DNA of 63,539 nucleotides, counting the filler, from Pelomyxa schiedti (lineage: Eukaryota; Protista; Evosea), in assembly GCA_020536535.1 (NCBI GenBank). It is 10 parts of 10 records of this genome, joined end to end, with 100 filler letters (N's around TTAATTAATTAA, not from the genome) between each part and the next. Parts side by side here need not be neighbours in the genome. Positions count along the whole stretch, not along the records: positions 12,786 to 26,235 come from JAHLWZ010000219.1; 9 more parts are not named here. The stretch is one strand, 5' to 3'. Below, piece by piece: positions 13,141 through 23,959 of the stretch. Position 1 is the stretch's first letter. The number at the start of each line of letters is the position of its first letter. The notes beneath the pieces are model-generated. The model was not told the DNA's origin. It saw only the letters and a program-made list of their open reading frames with translations, and ran no database searches. The position numbers and the translations under genes were made by a program.

Positions 13141-13383
13141 TGTGGCGCCGGGACCCTGAGGGAGATTCAGGCGACACCTAGAATTGATTCTAGCGCCTTT
13201 ATAAGGCGGGAACAACACCATCGTAGTTATCCAAACAAAAAGCTAAAGTAATAAACAATAAACTCTTGTGTTTGTATTCGGGCTTCTTTCTCCCTTACTA
13301 CACAAGTAAAACAACAACCATCAACACCCCAGCACACCTCACAGTGTGGTGATCACTATCCAAATCCAATCTACCTCGGCACA
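13141..13383 (+). mobile_element. Solo LTR-like element (family A), 243 bp
   Basis: TGTGGCG...ACCTCGGCACA, flanked by ATGAC / ATGAG. Homologous to 565-844. Confidence 0.8.
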
Positions 13384-13468
13384 ATGAGCAAAACAAATTT
13401 TTTTGATTAGCCTTGTTCTCCTTCAGGCTTCTGTACATAAGGGTAAATATCCGCCTCTCTATCTGGGG

Positions 13469-14774
13469 TCAAGAGGAAGACATGGCAGTCGGTTGTGTGT
13501 GATTGTGGAATGCTGCTGCGATGTTTGCGAGGCATCTGGCTACGTGACCGGTAACGTCGTAGTCAGTTGCGGGAGTATTGTTTGTCACCGTGCTTGTTGC
13601 TGCTGTCGACGGGTCAGGTCTGGAATTTGTGAACACGATCTCGGCACACGTCGCAAACACTTTGTCAATTGCCGAGAATGACGGCCGATCGATTTCTGTG
13701 TGAGTGTGAGGAGGGACAGAATGAAAAGAAAAACGAACCGAGGAGTGAGAGACAGGACTCAACAACGACAGAGAACAGACCAACGCACGCACGGGGCACG
13801 TTGTTCATCTTGGGCTGCGAACGCAACGCGGAAATGATTGCAATCTTCCGGCTGAGGCACTCCACGACGGGATAATCCCCAACGTCATCACAAAGCCGGT
13901 CCAATTCTATGTGTGTGTGAGAGGAGTTATTGTTGTAAACAACAAACCGGCAATTTCCGGGGCTGAGATTGATGCCCGCTGGACCCGCATAAATTCTGTT
14001 ACTTGGGCAGCGGACTTCGGCATATTTACTGGTGGCACTTCGCCTTGAAGAAGCTCACTCACCAAAACTGCAAACTCCCACATGTCTCCTTTTGAATGTG
14101 TTTGTTGAGGTGTGATGCAGAGTTAATATTGAGATGAAACTCAACAACATCCAAATACCTTGAATTCCGTAGTGCCCAGTGTGCATCTGTGGTGGCAAGT
14201 AAATTGGTGTTCCAGCCCCTTTCGTAAAACTCCCAATCATAGCTGCTTTACTCCCGCGGCCGATTTGGTGCTGCTGGAGGGCTCTTGATACTCCTTCATT
14301 TTCAGTTGGATTGAGTTGAGTGTGTTGAGGCATGTGTGTGTCTGTGTCAGAAAGTACCAAAGTCAGTTATTTTTGGAGTTCCACATGAATCGAGGAGAAC
14401 ATTGTTGCTGGTCAGGTCCCGGTGCATGTAGTTCCTCCTGTACTTTTTTAGTATTATTGCATTTTTTTGTTTTTAACCCAATCAACGTAAATGATATTTT
14501 TTAAAAAAGAGTGTAAGAAGAATTGAAATTGAATGAAACCTGTGAAGTGCAGTCATTCCTTTGGCAATTCCGGAAGAAACTGCCACAACTTCGGTGAATG
14601 TCAAATCTTTCTAATAATTGTGTGTATGATAGATATAGATTCATATTTACAATTTGAGTGAGTCCAACCAAAAACAAGTGGGAGGAAGAGGGTGCAAAAA
14701 ACAAACATGTTGAAGGAGCTGCCTGAGACTCATTTCCATGAGTTCAGACACGATCCAGAGTGACCCTGTGCTCG
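13469..14774 (-). CDS. TKL-type protein kinase paralogue A, 3' part (5' lost in gap)
   Basis: Spliced reading LWIVSELMEMSLRQLLQH, GIAKGMTALH, YMHRDLTSNNVLLD, KITDFG, GTPIYLPPQM, DRPSFSAI. Highly similar to 20320-21650. Confidence 0.8.
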
Positions 14775-15408
14775 NNNNNNNNNNNNNNNNNNNNNNNNNN
14801 NNNNNNNNNNNNNNNNNNNNNNNNNNNNNNNNNNNNNNNNNNNNNNNNNNNNNNNNNNNNNNNNNNNNNNNNNNGTTCTCACAACAACACAGGTCATTGA
14901 AGATTCCATGACGAGGAGAAGGGGCACAGCGGTATGTTTCCATTTCTCTTCTCCATTTTTCTTTTTCGACTTCTCACATTTGAAAACCAGGTGGTATTGC
15001 CGATGTCAGCAGAATGTGTGTGTGTGCGGGTTGGCTCCATTCCACCGGTATTCCTCTTCTTGAGTCCCCCCAAATATATAACTCCCCTCTAGGTCCTTTT
15101 CTGCATTCAAGCTGTATGTCGGTATTGAGGCCCTGTGACTTTCAGCAATGGCATTTTCAGCAGCTCAGCCACTGGTAAGTTTCACCTTGTACAGTTGGTG
15201 GTGGACATGCCTTGACAGCCTGTTCACCATTGTAAATCCCCCTCTCCCTTTTCATCGCACCCCCACTCAAACATAATTATCCCATACTGACACCACTCAG
15301 GTACCCCAAGTGAGTGCGCCAGCGAGGTGGCCAACTGCACAGCTCACTTTTTTTCCTTGTACCCAATGTATTGAAAGTAAAAACACCCTTCTCGCCCACA
15401 CTAACAAG

Positions 15409-16080
15409 GAGACAACTGAAATGGGTTCAAGGGCATATATGTTCCGTCATCGAAAGATATTGCTGTGAAGACACTACAACCACCTGTTTTTTTTTTATAA
15501 GCTGAGCTTTACTAATACAAAACCGAAACAACTGAATTTCCAAGAAATTGCCGGGATTGCACTTGGTATTTCCAGGGGAATGGACAGCCTTCACGGGTAT
15601 TCTTAAAGTCCTATATCTCCAGTCCTAACGTAAAACAGACAAAATTACATGCACCGCGATCTTGCCAGCACTAATATCCTTTTGGATGCAAATGGAACTC
15701 CAAAAATATGTTATTTTGGTGTGTGTTTCTTCACTGTTCATTGTATAGGGGAAGGTGTGTCCCAAGTAATGAATTCTAAAGGCGTGAAATATCTGTAGTT
15801 TACATGTCTCCTCAGATGAGGACCGGCAATTACATTAATCCTCCATTCCTCACCATTTAATCCATTCAGGAAGTGGTTCAGCTTTGCCTGGAAGCCACTG
15901 AACCTGCCATTGTTGAATGTCTTGGCCAGAGGGATGCGTTCCTCCAAACAGTGAATCGTTAACGCACCTGACTCTCCCATTGTTTCTTGGTACCCTCTCA
16001 ATTTGGAATGTGTTTTGCACCCACCCTAAACCACCACTTTCAAACAGTGACTGAACAACTGTCCACAGTCATGTACTTGC
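15409..16080 (+). pseudogene. Degenerate TKL kinase remnant
   Basis: EIAGIALGISRGMDSLH and NYMHRDLASTNILLDANGTPKICYFG (DFG changed to YFG). Fragmented frames. Confidence 0.65.
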
Positions 16081-16189
16081 AAGAACTCTTGAAGGAAGTG
16101 GCACCTCACAGTTTACCCTCCTGTTAACTTGTTATGTATCCCCCACCCCATCAACACAGAACAAAAAAGCACTGCTTTCAGAGGTTTTT

Positions 16190-17961
16190 CTTTGTTGTCT
16201 ACAACAACAAACTGATTTTGTCCTTGATAAATGCACGACAACCAGGGCATTTCCTCATGAATGTGGCACACTGTTTGTTTTTTGTTTTGGTGTGTAGTCA
16301 GTTGGGATGTTAAGAAAAGAGAAGAGAATAACAAACAACACAGACCTGAGAGCACACTACAACGTGACTACAAGGATGAAACTGAACGTTTGGTGGCCTC
16401 TCATCACATTCCATGCAGACGTTGTGGTTGTTGTTCACCACAACTGAGGAAACAGATGTTTGTGTCACTGCAGTGACCGTGGCTGTGCATCCTGGGGTGT
16501 CAGCAGTGCGGCATGTTGCTGCTTGAGCCGGCTCAACATCACTCCAAGGCAATGGCAATGGGAAAGGGGGTGAGCTGGGGCGTGTGTTGTGGAGAATTTC
16601 TTCAATGTGAGCACCAAGAGGATCCCAGGTTGCAGTAACTATCGCCAACTGTGCGCCACTAATGAGATCCTTGATCTGAAATGACACAGTCCCCTCTATG
16701 GAGCAACTGCAGGGTGTAGAATAAACTCCTGTGCCTTCAGGTGACAGAAGATCTACTGTCGTATCTTGAATGCAGTTGCAGGGAGTATCCAAGTCAGAAG
16801 CACAAAACACCTGTTGGTTGATTCCCAGTTTGGTTGGAGTTTCGTTGTTAAGGGTGGCAACCAGGTGTGAGGGCTTGTGTGTGACCAGTCTTGTGTATTC
16901 TGACGAAAAGGTCTTCACCCTTTGAGATACAGTGTTGTACACCTTGAAGCCCTTCTGAAGTGAATGTATTGTTATCATTTCCTCAGCAGATACCCACAGC
17001 ATGTCAATTGGAGATGAATAAGGCAGGGGAACCCTTTTGGCAAACACGGCGGTGCCGCTTTCCAGACTATGAGGCAGGTCAACAAACAATACGTAGTTCC
17101 CCCGGAGCAGCTCCTTTACCATCACTGCCAACACATCTCCCTCGCCAGGTGGAAACCCACTTTCAATGAGATACAGGTCCCCCAGGTTTATGTCAAACTC
17201 AGGATTCTTGGGTTCACCATTCTCAATTTTCCACAGGGTAAGAATGTTGAACGAGCCATGCACCAGCCACTTGGAGTTGCAATACCATTCAGTGCTGTAA
17301 ATCCCTGATTGTAGGATACTGACAAACCGACCTTTGTTGTTCATTACACATTCTTCGTTTTTCAGAGCCACAACAAAGTTGCTGCTCCCTGGAATTCCGC
17401 ACTGTATTCCCTTCAACATCGGGGGGATCCAGCACGCGCAGCTCACAACTCCAAGCGTGGGTGACAGCTCCAAGGACACACAACATCTCACATTCCGAGT
17501 TGTATCACCATTGCCAACACTCTTGTCAACGAGGTCAAGAACGTGCCTTGTGGGACATACCACCCACCTCCTTCCAAGCATCTCCAGAACGTGGACAGAT
17601 CCCCTCAGCAGTTGTACGGCACAGCCGGGGCCACATCGGCGGTCAAAAAATATCCCACATGCCAAGGCAACGAACTGAGCGCGAGCGGTGACGGGTTGGA
17701 GGCTCGGCGTAGGGAGCCACTGTTGTTAGATACACCGACATTCTGACTTTTTGGCAAGGTAGTTGAAGGATCCATCATCAAGTTGTCAGTGAAACCTGGT
17801 TTTGTGGTGGTCATTTTGGGTTCATTTGTTTGTGAGGATATTATCATTAACATACCTTTGAGTGGTGATTCAAGAAGCATTCCTCCTTCATCAATCAGCA
17901 GTTGTGGTTTGATTGGGGCTCCTTCCAGATTCTGAATCAGCTTATGACTCTTCAAGTACAA
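16190..17961 (-). CDS. Lineage-family domain protein with C-terminal RING finger
   Basis: 451-aa ORF ending CMECDERPPNVQFHPCSHVVVCSQ; after an intron CATFMRKCPGCRA completes a C3HC4-type RING. 5' boundary uncertain. Confidence 0.65.
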
Positions 17962-18450
17962 TAAACTCTGGAGTGTATTTTTTGAGCTGGAGACGGAGCT
18001 AAGTGGCCAGAGTGAATGCCCGGTTCAATTCTGGCTTGATTGTTGTTTTTGCTTTGGATTTTTCACTTCTCATTCTTCTCTGATGGGAAAAGAACCTCCT
18101 CTTCCATTTTAAGTTCGTTCAGAGTTTCATACAGCTTGTTGAGTGCCTCAATGTGTTGCTTTTTTTTTTCAGTAATTGATATTTGTTTTAGAACTTAATC
18201 TATGACTTTGCATCACTCACCTCTTTGTTAAAGATTACGAAAAATAGGATGGATAGTCCACACCTCAATCTGTTGATGATGTTCAAACTGTGGCAACGAT
18301 GATCCCATCAGATGGAGTGCTGGCGCAGTACTTGCACAACTTGTTGGCTGTTGGTGGAATTCACAATATTATCATAATTCATATTATCATATCAATTCCC
18401 AGCTGTTACACATTTCAGTATTAAGATCATTCACAAATGCTGGATCTCTA

Positions 18451-18890
18451 TCACATTAGGATTCCCGCCAACGGAGCATGACCCCCAGAGGAGAGGGTCA
18501 GAACACCCTCGCCACAGCACCCCCAACCGTCCCCACGTTCTCTGTCTTGTTGAGGCTGGGTGAAAGTGCCTGCAAAGCTGTCACCGTTTGGCCACCTCCT
18601 CGTTCCCTTCTTTGGAACACCCAGCTCCCACCGTGAATGACGATCCATCCCTTGACCACACCTTTGTCCCTTGGCCGTTCTCCTTTCCACACACCCACTG
18701 GCCAACATACCTGTCACCGTTTGCCCACAGCCTCACGCCCAGACCATGGAACATGTCATCCTTCCACTCCCCAGACACCCCACCCCTGCATCTCGGGCCC
18801 CGTGATGGCGCCAAACCCCCACTGCCGTCGTAGGTGCACCGCTGCCGTGCCACTTGAACGTGCCCTTGCCGTCGCGCCTGCCGGGCGGAA
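18451..18890 (-). pseudogene. MORN-repeat coding fragment, frameshifted, abutting a retroelement
   Basis: GEWKDDMFHGLGVRLWANGDRYVGQWVCGKENGQGTKVW MORN motifs. Homologous to 59450-59700. Confidence 0.7.
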
Positions 18891-20260
18891 TAAAGAAGCA
18901 GCAACCTTAGTGCGATGTATCGAAAAACATTGGATTAATACTGAAATGTGTAACAGCTGGGGGTATTCATAGAAATGTGGTTACTGCATATCATCCACAA
19001 TCAAACGTTAAAATCCTGTTAAGAATGTGAAGCATTGTGTCGAGAAGTACATCGAAAGGAATCTGCAAGATTGGGATCAACAACTGCACTGGATTGAATT
19101 TGATATCAACACTACACCATCTGTTTTGACTGGAGTCACTCTGTTTTTCCTAGACCATATTCGTGATCCAAGAATACCTCTAGATACCTTGCTGTTAGAT
19201 TCATTCCCAAAAGAAGAGAAGGATAACATGACGAGAGCCCAAGAACAATTGTTGACTAGACAAAACATCCGGGAAATAGTTCGTGAACAACAAGCACAAG
19301 AAAAAGCCAGACAACGACCTGAGATGATGACAAGATTGAAGAAAGCTAGTGATGATTTAGAAATAGGTGTTCGAGTTTGGAGAGAGGTACCTAAAACTCA
19401 ACAACAATCTGGATATCCGAAGTATGAAGGACCCTATAGGATTGTAGCTAAGCCTACAGAGTTGACAAGAGAACTGTACATACCAAGTAGTAGCGCGCAT
19501 CCTATTGTGCATATTGATGCCTGAAGCCATACTTGGATAGTGACCTTCGTGTTAAAGCAGCTGAAGAAGAGCAACTTCCATTTGTACCTCAAGAACCGGC
19601 CAAAATCCCAGAACGAATTACTATGGATAAAATAAGGGATGGAGTGATCCAATATAGGTTGAAATGGAAAGGATTGTCACCAAAGAAGAAGTAGAACCGC
19701 GAATCATGAGAATCTACAAACTCAAACAAGCATGAAAGAAACTACTGCCGGTGAAACGACCACAAAAACCACGAGCAGTAAAACAACCCAACATCAAAAC
19801 GCTCACGTAAAAAGGACCAACAATCAAAACACAAACATTACTACAACTAAACAAACCATTACAACTGAAGTTTCAAATGACACCTCGCCACTGACACCCT
19901 CAATGACCAGATCTACACCGACACCGGAAACACGTCACCCTCCACATTGTCCAACGAGTTCTCCTATTTCACCGAACTTTTTTTAATATTTGGCTGAATA
20001 ATCAACGGACCGCACGCTGTCATTTTCGTTATCATCGCTCAGTATCAGGAGATCTGAGTGTTGCGAGGACGAAACAGGCTTAGCAGGAGATGTGAAGGGG
20101 TTTTCGTGCAACGGTGATGGCTAATGCTTATGTCAGCCTCCAGGGCATTCATGCTAAGCCCATTTGTTAAAGTAATTAACACAAAAATACCGGTTGTTTT
20201 GGAGTCGTATTGTTATACCTCCGAACATCACAAAACACCACACCCACACGTGTCAGCACA
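18890..20260 (+). mobile_element. 5'-truncated Ty3/Gypsy chromovirus-type LTR retrotransposon (integrase, GPY/F, chromodomain, PPT, 3' LTR 20091-20260)
   Basis: TAYHPQSN; DWDQQLHWIEFDINTTPSVLTG; KYEGPYRIV...HPIVHI; chromodomain-like PERI...GVIQYRLKWKG (~19600-19690). GAGGACGAAAC...AGCAGGAGA precedes a TGTG...CACA LTR. The flank after 20260 resumes homology with the 13408+ paralogous region. Confidence 0.85.
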
Positions 20261-20319
20261 AGCCTCGTTCTCCTTCAGGCTTCTGTACACCATACGGGTA
20301 AATATCCCTCTATGTGGGG

Positions 20320-23300
20320 TCAAGAGGAAGACCTGGCAGTTGGTTCTGTGTGATTGCGGTGGTCAGGGAATGCTGCTGCGATGTTTGCGAGGCACCTGGT
20401 TATGTGACTGGTAACGTCGTCGTCAGTTGTGGGAGTCTTGTTTGTCACCGTGCTTGTTATTGCTGCCGTTGTTGTTGCTGTCGACGGGTCAGCTCTGGAA
20501 TTTGTGAACACGATCTCGGCACACGTCACCAACACTTTGTCAATTGCCGGGAATGCCGGTCGATCGATTTCTGTGTGTGTGAGGAGGGACAGAATGGAAA
20601 GAAAAACGAACCGAGGAGTGAGAGGCAGGATTCAACAACGACAGAGAACAGACCAACGCACGCACGGTGCACGTTGATCATCTTGGGCTGCGAACGTAAC
20701 GCGGAAATGATTGCAATCTTCCGGCTGAGGCACTCCACGACGGGATAATCCCCAACGTCATCACAAAGCCGGTCCAATTCTGTGTGTGTGAGGAGTTGGC
20801 TTTTATTGTTGTAAACAACAAACCGGCAATTTCCGGGGCTGAGAGTGATGCCCGCTGGACCCTCATAAATTCTGTTACTTGGGCACCGGACTTCGGCATC
20901 TTTACTGGTGGCACTTCGCCTTGAAGAAGTTCACTCACCAAAACTGCAAACTCCCACATGTCTCCTTTTGAATGTGTTTGTTTATGTGTGATGTAAAGTT
21001 AATATTGAGGGAACTATCAACAGGATGAACACAACAACATCCAAATACCTTGAATTCCGTAGTGCCCAGTGTGCATCTGTGGTGGCAAGTAAATTGGTGT
21101 TCCAGCCCCATTTGTAAAACTCCCAATCATAGCTGGTTTACTCCCGCGGCCGATTTGGTGCTGGAGGGCTCTTGATACTCCTTCATTTTCAGTTGGATTG
21201 AGTTGAGTGTGTTGAGCATGTGTGTGTCTGTGTCAGAAAGTACCAAAGTCAGTTATTTTTGGAGTTCCACAAGAATCGAGGAGAACATTGTTGCTGCTCA
21301 GGTCCCGGTGCATGTAGTTCCTCCTGTGTTTTTTATTATTATTGCATTTTTGGTTTTTACAGCCAATCAACGGAAATGATATTATTTTTAAAAAGAAGAA
21401 TTGAAATTGAATGAAACCTGTGAAGTGCAGTCATTCCTTTGGCAATTCCGGAAGAAACTGCCACAGCTTCAGTGAATGTCAAATCTTTCTAATAATGTGT
21501 ATGATGATATAGATTCATATTTACAATTGAGTGAGTCCAACCAAAAACAAGTGGGAGGAAGAGGGTGCAAAAAACAAACATGTTGAAGGAGCTGCCTGAG
21601 ACTCATTTCCATGAGTTCAGACACGATCCAGAGTGACCCTGTGCTCGTGACGCAAGTTCCAAGGCATCTCACAATGTTTGGGTGCCTCAAGCTTGACGAA
21701 ACCTGGTGAGTTGATGGATGAATGTTTAGAACGCAAGATGATGAGAGACAAAACTCCGTATCACTCACCAGAGCTTCCTGCTGAAACCTGGTGATGTTGA
21801 ACTCAGACTTGATGGCGTCGTGAAGTGCTTTAATTGCCACAAACGTTGGTGTTCTTTCTGATGAGGATGATGATGAGGAGGAAGTGGTAATCACGTTGTG
21901 ATCATGGCAGGTGCACTTGAAAACAGTTCCATACGATCCGACTCCAAGTGTGGAAACAACTTTCAGGTCTTTCTCTTGGATTGACATGGTTGATTTGATT
22001 CGAACCTTGATTTGAACAACACCTCTGTTTCTGTTGCTGCTGCCGCTGTCTTGTTGTTGCTGTCGTTGTTGAATGTCACCCAAGGTAATGGATGAATCGA
22101 TCGGCAGCAGTTCCTCAGGTTTGTTGTTTTCTGAACCGAGAGTGAAAATCACTTGTTGTGTTGGTTCAACTCCAAACTTCCTTGAAACGATAAGCTTCAC
22201 AATCTTTTTTGAACAAAACAACCAGTTAGAAACATCGCAAACAACGAGAAAAAAAGGGAGGTGGGGGAAGCTTCAAAAAGAAAAGAAAGGGCAGAGCTTC
22301 AAGAGAGGAAAGCACCATCTGAAGGGGACAGGATCCACACACAATTTCATCAAAAGAGGGAAGGTCCTCAAACGTGATCCTGAGTTGCGATCGCTTGCAG
22401 CCGTTGGTCTTATTGTTTTCAGGGAGAATGTTGCGCCACGTGCCTTCTCCTTGTTCAACATGTGACATAACATGATTTGTGTCTGTATTGACAGAATTAG
22501 AATTGTTGGTGTGGTGCCGTGTTATTATATGCTGCATGTATGTGGGTTGAGAAAAAAAGGAGGGGATGCAGTGTGTTGAGTGGGCAGCAAGCACAAACAG
22601 TGTTGGAGATCACGAAATCTTTGTTGGTCAGATGCTGTCTCATCACAAAACCTTTTCAGGTTCTGGGCACTTTCTTCCTCCAATGTTGTTATGTGCGCCT
22701 CCAGTTCCATGAGTTCTGTTTTTGGAAAAAGGGGAAAAAAAACCCAGTGAGGAGGGAGAATGATGAGTTCAACTGGAGGAGGAAGGTGTGTTCAAACCCT
22801 TGTTCTTTGCAGTCATGTCGGACACAGTTTTTTCTTGCAAGCTTTGGAGCTCCATCTGTGTGGATGCATGTTGTTAAGAGATTACTTATTGTCAAGGCAA
22901 ACAACAACACACCTCTGAATTATGTTTCCCTTGATGATGTGCACATGAGATGATGAGAAACGCAAAAAAGAAGAAGGAAGGAGGAAAGGGGAGCACAAAC
23001 ATTGTTGTTGAAGCTCACGAAATCTTTGTTGGTTGTCTGTTTCTCTTTCTTCATAGATTCGTTTAATTTCTTTAATTCTTTGTTGGGTGGTCGCATGTTG
23101 TTTTCTTTCTTCATGGAGAAGATTCAGATTCTTTGTGTTTTCTTCCTCCAATTGTGTGATTCTTGCCTTCAGTTCTGTGATCTCATCTGTTGAACACAAA
23201 GTAATTTGCATTTTCATTTGAGGAAGGGGTTTTTCACTAAACTCTTCAGCTGCTTCGCCTCGATTTCCCAGCAGTCTCTCTCTTGTTTTCTGACGTTGTT

Positions 23301-23737
23301 GATGTCATCACCTTCGTCAAGAGCTTTGGGGAGCACTTTGCTGGTCGCCATTGGTGTGGTTGGTGATGGATCGTTTGTAGCAGAGGCCGGTCTTGGATGT
23401 GGTTGTTGGGATGTTTTGGGAGAGGTGACTGCCTGCGTTATTGCTGATGTTGTGGCTGTACACACGGCTTGGAACACTTGACGCACTTTATCATTTTTCG
23501 AGCTCTCCAGTGCTGTTTTTCCCTCCTTGTTCTGTGCCGACAGGAAAATTAAAACACATATCAATCAAATAGGGGGAAAACAACCTTGATGTGAGTGCTG
23601 ATACCCACACAAGATAGAAGTTGTTTCACAATTGCAACGTTTCCTTCTCTGCAGGCAAGATGAAGCGTGGTCTGAGAGAGAGGGAGACGAAAATTAAGTT
23701 TTGTGTCAAGCATCAAATAAAGGGTACATACATCACC
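20320..23737 (-). CDS. Ankyrin - coiled coil - ubiquitin-like(?) - TKL kinase (paralogue B); 5' end runs into the microexon array and gap
   Basis: Exon 23585-23671 TTLHLACREGNVAIVKQLLSCVGISTHIK, then NKEGKTALE. Coiled-coil exons ELKARITQLEEEN and ELEAHITTLEEES. Kinase LGVGSYGTVFK, VAIKAL, LRHPNIVRCLG, HRDLSSNNVLL, KITDFG, DRPAF. Confidence 0.85.
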
Positions 23738-23934
23738 CTGCCAATTTGAAAGAGACCCCAAAAGATATGTGAGGAACAACAAGAACAAGAAAAAAGGTCA
23801 TACTTCCTGAAAAATAAGAAGGTGAGCACAAAGATTCAAGGAGTGGAGTTCATACAATCTGCAGCAGTGAAAAAATAGCATAAAAATTGCGGAAAGTTAG
23901 AACAAAAAGCTGCCAGGGAGTGGGTACTTACTCC
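23732..23934 (-). other. Four non-repetitive phase-0 microexons: GGA (23932-23934), ATT (23856-23858), GAA (23804-23806), GGTGAT (23732-23737)
   Basis: Minus strand reads AAG|GGA|GTAAGT, CAG|ATT|GTATGA, CAG|GAA|GTATGA, CAG|GGTGAT|GTATGT. Separated by pyrimidine-rich introns of 73, 49, 66 and 60 nt. Product G-I-E-G-D-T aligns with N-K-E-G-K-T of the next ankyrin repeat. Confidence 0.75.
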
Positions 23935-23959
23935 CTTTATGGTATGAAAAATGATATAA

